DNA from: Meiothermus sp.
Lineage (GTDB): Bacteria; Deinococcota; Deinococci; Deinococcales; Thermaceae
Length of the DNA: 49,096 nt
Direction of reading: 5' to 3'
Assembly: GCA_033762915.1 (NCBI GenBank)
Contig: JANRLD010000056.1
Location: forward strand, 1 to 49,096
Shown: positions 20,366-30,471 of the stretch, one piece after another
How the letters are laid out: the number at the start of each line of letters is the position of its first letter
Numbering within the stretch: position 1 is the first letter of the stretch
Program-made: the position numbers and the translations under genes
Notes under the pieces: model-generated
Seen by the model: only the letters and a program-made list of their open reading frames with translations
Told to the model about the DNA's origin: nothing
Database searches by the model: none

Positions 20366-22003
20366 TCAGCCCACCTTCACGTCGCCGCACAGGTGCACCT
20401 GGATGCCCATCGCGGCGAACATCGCAGCCTTGGCGGCCAGGGCCCGGTCGGCCCCCTCGGCAGTGGGCGCGTAGGCCACCTGGATATGGTTGGCCTTGTG
20501 GCGGGCCATCATCTGGTCGCGGCTGACCCCGTGCAGCACCGCGTGCATGATCGGCCACTGCGGCGTCGAGAGCCGCCAGCGCTCCTCGGTCTCCTCCTGA
20601 GGCAGCTCGACTACCGTGGCGCGGCCCAGGTCGGCGTGTAGGGCTCCGCCCATCACAAAGACCCTCGACCACACGATCTCGCCGGGCTTGCTGACGCCCT
20701 TCACGGTGCCTCCGCCCAGGCGAAAGTACATCGGTGGTTGGCGGTGACTGCTGGCCCCGGCGTAGCCCCCGATGAAGTGGTTGGGCGGGGCCGAGCCAGA
20801 GATCAGGAAGACCCACACATAGTCCTGGCCGTACTGCCGGCCCCAGCGCACGTCGTGCAGGGTGGTGGAGGGGTCGAAGCCCATGGCATTCCAGACCCGC
20901 TGCGTCACCACTGCATCCACCGCGCTGCCCTCGTCGACCTCGTTGAAGTGGGGCAGGGGCTGGGCGGGGAAAAGCTCCCTCGAGCCGTCCCGCGACCGCA
21001 CCGGCGGGCGGTCGGCGTTGTTGAGCAGCCCCTCGGCCAGGTCGGAGGCAGGGGCCATGTCCTTGAGGCCCTGCTGGTACTGGATGCCCACCGCGTCGCA
21101 GCCGAAGTCGTCGGCGATCCGCACCGCGGCGATGTACATCTTGAGCTGCTCGAGCACCTGCCACAACGTGAGCTCGCTGGCCTCGTCGGTGCCCAGCTCG
21201 AAGCGCATCCCCCGGCTCACCAGCCAGTCGTAGGCGGCCCTGGCCTCATCGTCGCCGACGTTGCCCATCTCGGCCACCAGCGCCGACTGGCTCAGGCGCT
21301 CCTTGTAGATGCCGCCTGGGTTGAGCATTTCGTCGTCGATGATGGCGTTGTACATCCCCATGCAGCCTTCGTCGAAAACGCCCAGGATGGCCTTGTGGTG
21401 CCGGAGCTCGGCCGCCAGGGTCTCGCCCAGCCCGCGCTCTGCTTCCGGGAGCCGGGCGGCCTCGAGAGTGCGCACGTGCGAGGTGTCGTGCTTGATCTCG
21501 CCGTTCTCCAGCCACTCCTTCAGCCCCCGCTTGAAGAAGTCGTCGTCGAAGTGCTCGCTCCACAGCGAGCTGTACCGCACGCCCATCTTGGTCAGCCCGC
21601 CGCCCAGGTTAAGCAGGCCCACCAGACCCGGCCACTGCCCGCTCCAGTTGGCTACCGTGAGGATCGGCCCCCGGTGGTCGCGCAGCCCGGCCAGCACGTG
21701 GTGGCTGTACTGCCAGACCGCCTCCGCCACAATCAGCGGGGCCTCGAGGGGGATGTTCTTGAATACCTCCATCCCCATCCGCTGGCTGCTGATGAAGCCG
21801 TGCTTGTCGGCGGGGTCGTAGTGGTGGGCCCGCTCCACTGCCCAGCCCAGCTCCGCCAGCGCCGCCCCGACCTTGGCCTCCATCGCGGCCTGGGCGGGCC
21901 AGCAGGTCTGGTTGGCCGAGAGGCGCAGGTCGCCGCTGGCGACGAGGTAGACGGTGTTGGGCTTGGGCTTGGGTCGGGGGGGGATGTTGGGAAGGCTGTA
22001 CAT
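20366..22003 (-). CDS. L-fucose/L-arabinose isomerase-like protein
   Basis: WPGLVG, GCMGMY, GIQYQ, HFNEVD, TLHD, ANHI motifs typical of the FucI-like fold. Confidence 0.7.
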   Translation of the reverse strand: MYSLPNIPPRPKPKPNTVYLVASGDLRLSANQTCWPAQAAMEAKVGAALAELGWAVERAHHYDPADKHGFISSQRMGMEVFKNIPLEAPLIVAEAVWQYSHHVLAGLRDHRGPILTVANWSGQWPGLVGLLNLGGGLTKMGVRYSSLWSEHFDDDFFKRGLKEWLENGEIKHDTSHVRTLEAARLPEAERGLGETLAAELRHHKAILGVFDEGCMGMYNAIIDDEMLNPGGIYKERLSQSALVAEMGNVGDDEARAAYDWLVSRGMRFELGTDEASELTLWQVLEQLKMYIAAVRIADDFGCDAVGIQYQQGLKDMAPASDLAEGLLNNADRPPVRSRDGSRELFPAQPLPHFNEVDEGSAVDAVVTQRVWNAMGFDPSTTLHDVRWGRQYGQDYVWVFLISGSAPPNHFIGGYAGASSHRQPPMYFRLGGGTVKGVSKPGEIVWSRVFVMGGALHADLGRATVVELPQEETEERWRLSTPQWPIMHAVLHGVSRDQMMARHKANHIQVAYAPTAEGADRALAAKAAMFAAMGIQVHLCGDVKVG

Positions 22004-22404
22004 GGGGCTCCTTGTTGAGAGGTAGGGGAGTGGGTGGCGTCAGGATATGGAGGTCAAGGTGTCGAGGTCAAGGTGTGGAGTACAAAAGATGACCTCCCCC
22101 GAGTTGCGGCGTGTGCCGAGGTTGGATGACCAAACCAGCGGCTTGCGTCCCCCCCGGATGTTTGCCAACCGGTGCATTTCCGGGCTCTGCACCACAAACG
22201 GAGCGCCCAAGGGGAGGCAAGAAGGGCTCGAGAGCCGTGGTTTTCCTGACACACTTGGGTGTATAGCGGACCAAGACCCCCGGCCCATCGGTCTGCTGCG
22301 GGCTTCAAGGGAGAAGCGGCGCGGCCCCCAGAGGGGGAATGCGCCTCCGTGCCCCGCAACCTGGAGGGTAGTCTTTTTACCCTGCACCTCCACGCTGCAC
22401 CCTT

Positions 22405-23553
22405 TCAACCCGCACGCCCCCGGGCCGCCGCTGCCCCCAGGGTGTCGATCGCTCGCAGTGCCTCTGGTGCCGACTTCTGACCCTTCAGGAAGGCGTGGAC
22501 GTTCTGCCACACGATCGCTTCGACGGCGGGGTAGTCGGGGTGTTTGGGGGGGATCCAGCTGTACTGGGTGGCCTCCTTCAGCAGCTCCCAGCGCCGGGCC
22601 TCGAAAGGCTCGGCCTCGAGCCTGGCCTGCTCGAGCGCGTCGAGCCGGGCAGGCAGCGTACCCCGCCGGGCCTCGAGGAGTTGCGACTCCCTGGAGGTCA
22701 GGAACTTGAGCAGGGCTACCGCGAGGGGTCGGTCGGCAGCGGTCCTGGAGAGCGCGAAGGTGTGCGAGCCCGAGTAGGTGGCGCGGCGTGCGGGGCCGAG
22801 CGGGTAGAGGGCGAGGGCGAACCTGCCGCCGATTTCGCTGGCCTGGTAGCCGTTGAAACTGCCCGGCCAGTCGGTGGTCATGGCGGCCCGGCCCGACCCG
22901 AAGAAGGCCGCCACCCGGTCGAACTCGAAGTCCACGCTCTCCGGCGGGGAGATGGTCTTCCAGGCCCCCAGCATCTCCAGCGCCCAGCGCCCGGCCTCGG
23001 TGTCGGCGTGCGGCACCGGCGGGTCCTGGTCGTAGAGGTAGTGCCCGGCGCTCCCGCACAGCTCGAAGAAGTGCCCGAAGATGCCCGAGCTGTAGCCGGG
23101 AAACACGAAGCCGTACTGCCCCTCTCGAGTCAGGGTTTGCCCCAGCCTTAGCAGTTCGTCCCAGGTCGTCGGCGGCCCCGAGACCAGGTCGGTGCGGTAG
23201 TGCAAAAGCTTCGCGTCCAGGTTGCGCGGGACGCTCCACAGCGTACCGTTGATGCGGGCGAGCTCGAGGGTGGTGGGGTTGAAGTGGGCCAGCTCGGCGC
23301 TGGAGAAGTCGTGGTCTAGCGGCGACAGCCACTGGGTCTGGGCGGGCACGAACTTGGAGTGGGTTGAGATCAGGTCGAAGCCCTGGCCACCGGAGAAGGA
23401 GTCGTGAATGCGCTGGTTCAGGTCGGGGTGGTTGTCCGAGCGGGTGATCTCGACCTGTGCCCCCTCCTGCCGCTCAAACTCTTGGATCGAGGAGTAGAGC
23501 CCGTCGTACATCGGGCCGCCGACGACCAGGATGCGGAGCTTCGGACGTGTCAT
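22405..23553 (-). CDS. Sugar solute-binding-protein-like, no evident signal peptide
   Basis: LHYRTDL, PPTTWDEL, GRAAM motifs; ggagga SD; N-terminus begins directly with a beta strand. Confidence 0.75.
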   Translation of the reverse strand: MTRPKLRILVVGGPMYDGLYSSIQEFERQEGAQVEITRSDNHPDLNQRIHDSFSGGQGFDLISTHSKFVPAQTQWLSPLDHDFSSAELAHFNPTTLELARINGTLWSVPRNLDAKLLHYRTDLVSGPPTTWDELLRLGQTLTREGQYGFVFPGYSSGIFGHFFELCGSAGHYLYDQDPPVPHADTEAGRWALEMLGAWKTISPPESVDFEFDRVAAFFGSGRAAMTTDWPGSFNGYQASEIGGRFALALYPLGPARRATYSGSHTFALSRTAADRPLAVALLKFLTSRESQLLEARRGTLPARLDALEQARLEAEPFEARRWELLKEATQYSWIPPKHPDYPAVEAIVWQNVHAFLKGQKSAPEALRAIDTLGAAAARGRAG

Positions 23554-23584
23554 CAGGGTTCTGCCTTCCTCCGGCCTTGCCGCC

Positions 23585-24604
23585 TTAGCCCTTCACCGCC
23601 CCCACGATCAACCCCTGCTCGATGTAGCGCTCGAGGATGATCGCCATCACCACCACCGGCAGGATCATCAGGATGATCACCACCGACATGTACCACCACT
23701 CGGTGCCGCGGGTGCCGCTCATGGCGGCCACCATCAGTGGCATGGTCTGGGAATTGGCCTTGGAAAGGAACAGCGCCAGCAGATACTCGTTCCAGGCGAA
23801 CACCAGCACCAGCAGGAAGGTCGCCACCAGCCCCGGCGCGGCCAGCGGCAGCACAATGGTCCAGAAGATGCGGTAGCGGCTGGCCCCGTCGATCTGGGCG
23901 CACTCCTCGATGTCCACCGGGATGCCCATGAAGTAGTCGCGCATCAGCCAAACCGCTATGGGGATATTGACGGCGGTGTAGCTGATGATGAGCGCGGTGC
24001 GGGTGTCGAGCAGGCCCAGGTTCTGGAACAGCAAGTAGATGGGGATGATTACCACTACCGGCGGCAGGATGCGGTTGGAGATCATCCAGAAGGCCACATC
24101 CTCGTTGTTGAGGTGCCGCACGAAGCGCCGACCGAGGGTCTGCATCCCCAGGAAGAACAACGCCAGCGCGGTTACCACGGCCACCACCACCGGGACGCGC
24201 AGCACCGCCAGCACCACCGCGATCGCCACGCAGCCCGCGAACAGCCAGATCGCACCAACCCTGGGCCGATAGGTGAAGCGGGTCAGCCCGTAGGCGGCAC
24301 TCGCCCCCAGCAGCAGCGTAAGCACCGCGCTGGTCACGGCGACCGTCGCCGTGTTGATGTAGGCCCGCCGCACGTCGGTCCCCAGCACATTGAAGATGTA
24401 GTCCCAGGCGTGCAGGCTGGGCTTAAAGTCCACCCAGGGCAGGTAGAACGGCCCCGCGTTTACGTCGATGGGCAGCTTGAAGCTGGTGATCACCAGCCAG
24501 TACAGCGGGAACAGCACCGCCACCGAGGCCAGCGTGAGCGCCACGTAGGTGAACAGCTTCTGCATCGGCGAGAGCGCGAGGGGTGAGCGCGGGCGGCGGA
24601 TCAT
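23585..24604 (-). CDS. Carbohydrate ABC transporter permease (MalG-like)
   Basis: EECAQIDGA (EAA loop), AWNEY, multiple TM segments. Confidence 0.92.
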   Translation of the reverse strand: MIRRPRSPLALSPMQKLFTYVALTLASVAVLFPLYWLVITSFKLPIDVNAGPFYLPWVDFKPSLHAWDYIFNVLGTDVRRAYINTATVAVTSAVLTLLLGASAAYGLTRFTYRPRVGAIWLFAGCVAIAVVLAVLRVPVVVAVVTALALFFLGMQTLGRRFVRHLNNEDVAFWMISNRILPPVVVIIPIYLLFQNLGLLDTRTALIISYTAVNIPIAVWLMRDYFMGIPVDIEECAQIDGASRYRIFWTIVLPLAAPGLVATFLLVLVFAWNEYLLALFLSKANSQTMPLMVAAMSGTRGTEWWYMSVVIILMILPVVVMAIILERYIEQGLIVGAVKG

Positions 24605-25740
24605 GCCTCACCCCTTGCGCGCGGCAGCACCGCGCGCGCATACACCGTCGTCACCACTGTTACCAGCACCATCAGCAGCAGCCCCAAAGCGGCCGCGGTT
24701 CCCAGGTCTAGGGTTCGCCAGGCGAAAAAGGCGTGGAGGGTCATGGATTCGGTGGCCGTGCCCGGCCCGCCGTTGGTCAGGATGTTGGGCAGGTCCACGA
24801 TCTTAAAGCCCTCGATGATGCGGATCAGCACCAGTGTCGCGCTGGCCGGAAGCAGGTAGGGGAAGATGATGCGCCAGAAGGTCTGGGCCCGCGTGGCCCC
24901 GTCCACCGCCGCCGCCTCGATCTGCTCCCTGGGAACTGCCTGCAAGGCCGCCAGCAGCACGATGAAAGCGAAGGGTGTCCACTGCCAGGTGTCGCCGATC
25001 AGCACCGCCATCCGCGCGCCCCAGGGGTCGGTGACCCAGGAGAAGTTGGAGAGCCCCAGCGCCGTCCACAGCGGCACCAGCGGCCCCTTGCCGGTGTCGG
25101 TCAGCATCCGGAACATGTAGGCGATCCCGATGGGGGTGATGGCCAGCGGCAGGATAAACAGCACCCGGAAGAAGCGCGTCCCCGGGAGCCGCTCGGCGCA
25201 CAACAGCGCCAGACCCAGCCCCAGGACGTATTGCAGCGCAGTCCCCGCGAACACGTAAAACAGCGTGGTTTGCAAGGTACCGATCTGGGTGCCGGGGAAG
25301 AGGCGGCTCAGCACCAGCCAGCCGAAGGCCAGCACCAGCGAGCCCATCAGAATCGGCTGAACCAGCCACATCGCTGCGGGCATTTTGGCCTGCAGGCGGC
25401 GGTACATGGTCCACAAGAACCAACCCGCCACCGCCGCCAGCACCACCCAGACCCAGCCGGTCGCGCCGGGCTGTCCCAGAAAGTGCCCCTGCTCGCTGCC
25501 GAACAGAATCTTGTTAAAGTTGGTCAGCCCCACGAAGTTGAGCTGGGCCTGCCCGTCGGCAAAGCGCAGGCGGGCCATTGAGCTGTAGAGGGAGCCGATC
25601 AGGGGAAAGATAGAAAAGGCCAGGATCAGCAAAACTGTCGGCAGCAAAAAGACCGACGCCGCGTTGCGCTCGAGCCAGTCCCCCAGGCGCTGCCAGACGC
25701 TGGCGGTTTCGGCGGCGGGATGTTTCTTCTGTTGAGTCAT
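24601..25740 (-). CDS. Carbohydrate ABC transporter permease (MalF-like)
   Basis: WQWTPF, EAAAVDGA, TNGGPGTAT. Confidence 0.92.
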   Translation of the reverse strand: MTQQKKHPAAETASVWQRLGDWLERNAASVFLLPTVLLILAFSIFPLIGSLYSSMARLRFADGQAQLNFVGLTNFNKILFGSEQGHFLGQPGATGWVWVVLAAVAGWFLWTMYRRLQAKMPAAMWLVQPILMGSLVLAFGWLVLSRLFPGTQIGTLQTTLFYVFAGTALQYVLGLGLALLCAERLPGTRFFRVLFILPLAITPIGIAYMFRMLTDTGKGPLVPLWTALGLSNFSWVTDPWGARMAVLIGDTWQWTPFAFIVLLAALQAVPREQIEAAAVDGATRAQTFWRIIFPYLLPASATLVLIRIIEGFKIVDLPNILTNGGPGTATESMTLHAFFAWRTLDLGTAAALGLLLMVLVTVVTTVYARAVLPRARGEA

Positions 25741-25752
25741 GGAGAAACCTTT

Positions 25753-25814
25753 GGGCTATTGGCAGTTAGCGTTTAGCCGTTAGCTAAAAGCCACGAGCTA
25801 ACTGCCAATAGCCC
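25753..25814. promoter_or_regulatory. Intercistronic stem-loop between binding-protein and permease genes
   Basis: Perfect 18-bp inverted repeat gggctattggcagttagc/gctaactgccaatagccc. Confidence 0.7.
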
Positions 25815-25827
25815 TATGTGAAATCAA

Positions 25828-27315
25828 CTACCTATTGTCAATGCCCAGCGAGGCCAGGTAGGCCCTGAGCTGGTTCTGACGGCCCTCGGCGTTGGTGATC
25901 TCCTCCCAACCGTTGAAGATGTCGTCCTGGGCCTGGGCGGCGGTCTTCTGACCGGCCAGGAACTCGGCCAGCACGCGGTCGAGCACCACCTGCTGGTACT
26001 GCTGGTTCTTGGGGATGCGCATGTCCAGCACCATGTTGGGGCTGTTCAGGCTCTGCTGGATGGCGTTGAGGTAGTTGCGTGCGCCGGCCTCGCTAAAGCC
26101 ACCCGCGATCCAGCCCTGGAGGTTCTGGAACTGCGAGATGCGGTAGGGGTTCATGCCGGTCGCGCCCACGGTCACGTCCTTGTTGGACTGGGCGGGCTGG
26201 GCCATGTAGCTAAACAGCGCGTAGGCGGCATCCTTCTTGGCGGCGGCGGCCTTGGTGTTAATGCCACCCGACCACCCGCCGAAGGCGGCGTAGGGGGCGC
26301 GGTTGACGCCGTTGATGGCGTGCGGGCAGCGCTGGGCGTTGCAGCCTACCAGGCGGCCGGAGGCGCGGTCGAGTACGCGGCGGCTGCCGGGCAGGATGGA
26401 AGCGCCCACCCGGTCCTTGACCCTCGAGGTCTGCGGATCAACCGACAGGGGCCCAATGTCGCCCCAGTCGATCGAGAGGGCGCAGCGTCCGGAGCTGAAC
26501 AGGCCGCGGGTGTCGCCCACGTCGAGGTTCAGCTCGTCGGGCGGGCCGAACTGGGTGGTGGCCTTGTAGACCCGCAGGGCCTCGGCAAAGGCCTCGTTCT
26601 TGACCAGGGGCCGCATGTTGGTGGTGTCAAAGAACGCGCCCTGGCGGGTGCCCTGGGTCTGCACGAAGCCGCCGAGGATGCTCATGAACATCCAGTAGCT
26701 CTGGGCGTTGCGCTTCTTGGCGATGCAGCTGCCGAAGTCGGGGCGGCCGTCGCCGTTCATGTCGCGCCCGTTGGCCCGCTGGGCGATGCGCAGGTAGTCG
26801 TCCCAGGTCTGGGGCGGCTGGGCCCCGATGGCCCGCAGCACGTCGGTGCGGTAGTAGACCATCTGGAAGTCGCCGTCGAGGGGGATGGTCTGAATCTTGC
26901 CGCCGTAGACCGCGCTGAAGTCGCGGAAGAAGATGCCGATGTCGTTCCACTGGAGGGCGCTGTCGGCGCGCACTCGAGCGGTCAGGTCTTCCATGATGCC
27001 CGCCGGGGCGAAGTCGGCCATCCACTGCGGCGCAAACACCCAGGCGTCGTAGGAGTTGGTGCCGGTGGTCGCGTCGGTCAGGATCTGCTGGTAGAGGTCG
27101 GAGAAGGGAACCACGGTGACGTTCACGGTGGCCCCGGTGGCCTTGGAGAACTCGGCGGCGTGGCGGCGCAGCGGCTCGGCGATCTGGGGGCCGGTGAAGG
27201 TGATTACATTAACCGTCACCCCCTGAAAGCGGTTGGCCTGGGCCAGCGCCGGTGTCGCCAGCAGCGCCGCGCCCAGTGCGACTGGGGCTATTTTCCGTAC
27301 CAGATTTGCTAACAT
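25828..27315 (-). CDS. Sugar ABC transporter substrate-binding protein
   Basis: Signal peptide ending ALA-Q; YYRTDVL, PQTWDDY. Confidence 0.92.
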   Translation of the reverse strand: MLANLVRKIAPVALGAALLATPALAQANRFQGVTVNVITFTGPQIAEPLRRHAAEFSKATGATVNVTVVPFSDLYQQILTDATTGTNSYDAWVFAPQWMADFAPAGIMEDLTARVRADSALQWNDIGIFFRDFSAVYGGKIQTIPLDGDFQMVYYRTDVLRAIGAQPPQTWDDYLRIAQRANGRDMNGDGRPDFGSCIAKKRNAQSYWMFMSILGGFVQTQGTRQGAFFDTTNMRPLVKNEAFAEALRVYKATTQFGPPDELNLDVGDTRGLFSSGRCALSIDWGDIGPLSVDPQTSRVKDRVGASILPGSRRVLDRASGRLVGCNAQRCPHAINGVNRAPYAAFGGWSGGINTKAAAAKKDAAYALFSYMAQPAQSNKDVTVGATGMNPYRISQFQNLQGWIAGGFSEAGARNYLNAIQQSLNSPNMVLDMRIPKNQQYQQVVLDRVLAEFLAGQKTAAQAQDDIFNGWEEITNAEGRQNQLRAYLASLGIDNR

Positions 27316-27596
27316 GTGTTGGCCTCCTCTTTGCGGTTGGGGCTCCCCAAGTTCCTAAACTCGGCACTTCCGTTGGCGCGTGGTGCGGAGCTATGGGCTT
27401 GGGGTTTCTTTCAGGTGGCGCAGACAGCCAACAGCAGAGGGCCGAAAGCGCTCCCTAGAAAGCTGGGAATGGGTTTGGGGCATTGTACGTGGGCGGTTGG
27501 CTCGGAAATTGGGGCTGTTCGCAATTGGCGGTCGGCGGTCGGTGTTTGGACGGTTAGAACGGGCGATCCGCTGACGGCTGCGACCAACTTCCCTCC

Positions 27597-28514
27597 CTAG
27601 AGTTCCTCCTTCCAGGGGGGGTCGGCCCCTGCTCGGGTGCAATTAATGGCCGCAACCTTCGCGGCGAAGGTAAGGAGTTGGGAGATCTGATCTGGGCCGA
27701 GGGATTCCAGGCCTGCGCGTGAGCCGAAGCCGTGGGCGTGCAGCCAGCTCAGCAGCCCGGCCATGAAGGTGTCGCCCGCCCCCACGGTGTCCACCACGCT
27801 GACCCGGGGCGACTCCACCCGCACCACCTCGCCGCCGTGCAGCGCGAAAGCCCCGTCGCCCCCCATCGTCACCACCGCCAGCGCGGCCCCGTGGGCCGTC
27901 CACAGCTGGGCCAGGGCCTCGAGGCTTTGGCCGGGGTAGAGCCACCGCAGGTCGGCCTCGCTGACCTTGACCAGGTCGGCGCAGTTCAGCCAGCCCTCGA
28001 GCCGCCGGATGTAGGCGGCCCGGTCGTGGATCAGGAAGGGCCGCACGTTGGGGTCGAGGGAGATCAGGCGCTTGCCCTTTTCACGGCGCATCAGGCCCTC
28101 GAGGGTCGAGGCGGTGGGCTCGAGCAGCAGCGAGATCGAGCCGAAGTGGAGCATGGCCCCCTCCGGCAGCTCGGCCGGGAGGTCGGAAGGCTGCAGGAGG
28201 GTGTCGGCGGTGTTCTGGCAGTAGAAGCTGAAGAACTCGCCGGTCGGGGTTGGGGTCACCAGCGCCAGGGTGGTCAGCTCGGGGCCTTCGACCGCGTGGT
28301 TGAGCCCGACGCGGCTTTTGCCGATGTGGCCCCGGAGCAGCTGCCCGAAGCCGTCGGTGGAGAAGCGCCCCAGGAACTCCACCGGCTCGCCCAGCCGCCC
28401 GATCCCCATCGCGACGTTGTACGGCGAGCCGCCGGGGTGGGCCACATAGGCGGCCTTATCCTCCTGCCGAGTGGGGGCCATGTCGATCAGGGCCTCGCCC
28501 GCAACAAAGATCAT
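27597..28514 (-). CDS. PfkB family carbohydrate kinase (fructokinase-like)
   Basis: GEALID, PGGSPYNVA, DPNVR, DTVGAGD; ATGA overlap with upstream gene. Confidence 0.92.
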   Translation of the reverse strand: MIFVAGEALIDMAPTRQEDKAAYVAHPGGSPYNVAMGIGRLGEPVEFLGRFSTDGFGQLLRGHIGKSRVGLNHAVEGPELTTLALVTPTPTGEFFSFYCQNTADTLLQPSDLPAELPEGAMLHFGSISLLLEPTASTLEGLMRREKGKRLISLDPNVRPFLIHDRAAYIRRLEGWLNCADLVKVSEADLRWLYPGQSLEALAQLWTAHGAALAVVTMGGDGAFALHGGEVVRVESPRVSVVDTVGAGDTFMAGLLSWLHAHGFGSRAGLESLGPDQISQLLTFAAKVAAINCTRAGADPPWKEEL

Positions 28515-29164
28515 CTCGAAACCTCCAAAGCAGCCTCTTCGAAGGCCCGGGTGGCCTCGAGGGTCATCGGCTCCATGAAGAGCCGCTCGGCGATGCTGGT
28601 GGAGAAGGTTATACACCGAACCCCGTCCTGCGCCAACGTGACCAGGTCGGCGCTGGAGCGGATGCTGGCGGCCAGGATGGAGGTGGCCGAGCCGATTTGC
28701 CGGAGCGACTGGGCCATTTTGGCGATGATGGCGTAGCCGTCGCGCCCGGAGTCGTTGATGCGGCCAAGGTAGGGGGCGACATAGGCCGCATGTACCGCAG
28801 AGGCCAGCAGGGCCTGGAAGGGTGTGTAGACCGCAGTGATGCAGGTGCGGATGCCGTCTTCGGCCAGCCGCGAGGCGGCGGTTAGGCCCTCGCGGGTGAC
28901 GGGCAGTTTCACGATCACCCGCCCGTCGATGGCGTAGAGGTCGCGCCCGCGCTGCAGCAGCGTCTGGGCATCGTCGCCCCAGCTCTGAAAGTAGACCTCC
29001 CTGGCCCCCGCCCCCAGCACCGCCTTGGCGAAACCCTGAAGGGCGTTCATGGGGGTCTGGCTCTCGCGCAGGATCAGGGGGTTGGTGGTTACGCCGTAAA
29101 ACACACCCGTCTCCAGCAGCGGCAGCACGCTGTTTAGGTCGGCGGAATCGAGGTACAGACGCAT
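28511..29164 (-). CDS. fsa: Transaldolase family, fructose-6-phosphate aldolase type
   Basis: LYLDSA, GVTTNP, VIVKLP (Schiff-base Lys), VYFQ and YVAPY (Gln/Tyr as in FSA, not Glu/Phe as in transaldolase). Confidence 0.75.
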   Translation of the reverse strand: MRLYLDSADLNSVLPLLETGVFYGVTTNPLILRESQTPMNALQGFAKAVLGAGAREVYFQSWGDDAQTLLQRGRDLYAIDGRVIVKLPVTREGLTAASRLAEDGIRTCITAVYTPFQALLASAVHAAYVAPYLGRINDSGRDGYAIIAKMAQSLRQIGSATSILAASIRSSADLVTLAQDGVRCITFSTSIAERLFMEPMTLEATRAFEEAALEVSR

Positions 29165-29169
29165 GTCCA

Positions 29170-30174
29170 CTACCTCGGCGCAGCCGTAGAGCCGCGCACA
29201 ATCAGCTCGGTCTCGAGGCGCAGGGTGTTGCTCTTGAGGGTGGTGCTGCGGCGCAGCACCGAGATCAGGGTTTCGCAGCCGACGTAGCCCAGGTCGTAGG
29301 CGGGCTGGGCCACCACCGTCAGGGCCGGCTCCATGAGCTGGGCCCAGCGGGTATCGTCGAAGCAGACCAGCGAGACATCGGTCGGAATCTTTAGCCCGGC
29401 CTCGCGGATGGCCAGCACGGTGCCCGCGGCCATCTCGGAGTTGCCCGCGAAGAGGGCGGTGGGGCGCTGGCGCTTGGGCAGGGAGAGCAGCTCCCGGGCG
29501 GCCCACTTGCCGCCGTCCTCCTTGTGGTTGCCGTAGGCGATAAGGGCGGGGTCGGAGGGGATGCCGGCCCCCAGCAGGGCCTGCTGGTAGCCCTCGAGGC
29601 GCTCCTTCGCGGTGGTGCCGTTCTGCGGCCCGGCGATCATCCCAATGCGGCGGTGGCCCAGTTCGATCAGGTGCTCCACGGCCCGCCTCGAGCCCCCCAC
29701 GTTCTCCACCAGCACGCCATAAACCCCTGGCGTGCCGCTGGTGCGGTCGAGCTCGACCACCGTTAGGTTGCGAACCGACTGGAGGTTTTCTTTGGTCTTG
29801 GCGGTGGGGACGATTAACAGCCCCTCGGGCAGGTGGCCCTGAAGCTCGCGCAGGTAGCGTGCCTCGCGCTCGGGCTCCTCGTCGGTGTTGAACAAAAAGA
29901 CCCCATAGCCGTGCTTCTCGGCGGCGTCCTGCACCCCCTTGGCCAGGGTGGCGTGGAAGGGGGCCAGGATATCGGTGACGATCAGGCCCAGCAGGTGGTT
30001 TTGCTGCGTCCGCAAGCTGCGGGCCAGTTTGTTGGGGTGGTAGTCGAGCTGGTTGGCGATCTGCAAGATGCGGGCGCGGGTCTGCGGCGAGACCAACTCG
30101 GGGCGGGTGAGCGCCCTCGAGACGGTGGAGGTAGAAACCCCCGCGACCTGTGCTACATCTTCGATCTTGGCCAT
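29170..30174 (-). CDS. LacI family transcriptional regulator
   Basis: IEDVAQVAGVSTSTVSR HTH, YHPNKLARSL hinge. Confidence 0.95.
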   Translation of the reverse strand: MAKIEDVAQVAGVSTSTVSRALTRPELVSPQTRARILQIANQLDYHPNKLARSLRTQQNHLLGLIVTDILAPFHATLAKGVQDAAEKHGYGVFLFNTDEEPEREARYLRELQGHLPEGLLIVPTAKTKENLQSVRNLTVVELDRTSGTPGVYGVLVENVGGSRRAVEHLIELGHRRIGMIAGPQNGTTAKERLEGYQQALLGAGIPSDPALIAYGNHKEDGGKWAARELLSLPKRQRPTALFAGNSEMAAGTVLAIREAGLKIPTDVSLVCFDDTRWAQLMEPALTVVAQPAYDLGYVGCETLISVLRRSTTLKSNTLRLETELIVRGSTAAPR

Positions 30175-30179
30175 AAGTA

Positions 30180-30312
30180 TGCAGACGTTTGCAACGACTC
30201 GAACCACACAAAAACCACTCCAGCACGGCGGTAGATTCACACATCGATGCCTGCTGGCGGGTTTTTCTGCAATCGTTTGCGGTATTGTTGCATGGCCTTT
30301 TGCACTTGTCAA
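30180..30312 (-). promoter_or_regulatory. Sigma70-type promoter and two LacI-type operators for the sugar cluster
   Basis: TTGACA (30312-30307), 17 nt, AACAAT (30289-30284); palindromes tgcaatcgtttgcg (30268-30281) and tgcagacgtttgca (30180-30193). Confidence 0.75.
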
Positions 30313-30471
30313 GCAGCCCAATCCAAATTTCAAACCGCCGGCCAGGGCTGAGCACTGCAAACCAACAGCAGAGGCCAGTTGCCCCCTTCGCAGGAAACCC
30401 CGGCGGCTGGAGTTGCGCTGCCCAACGGGAGGATGAACTGGGAGTAAGTTTGAGTAAAATGAACACACGCA

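Noticed and set aside
22050..22076. Tandem gaggtcaaggtgt x2 as CRISPR or iteron
   Set aside because: Only two short units, no spacers
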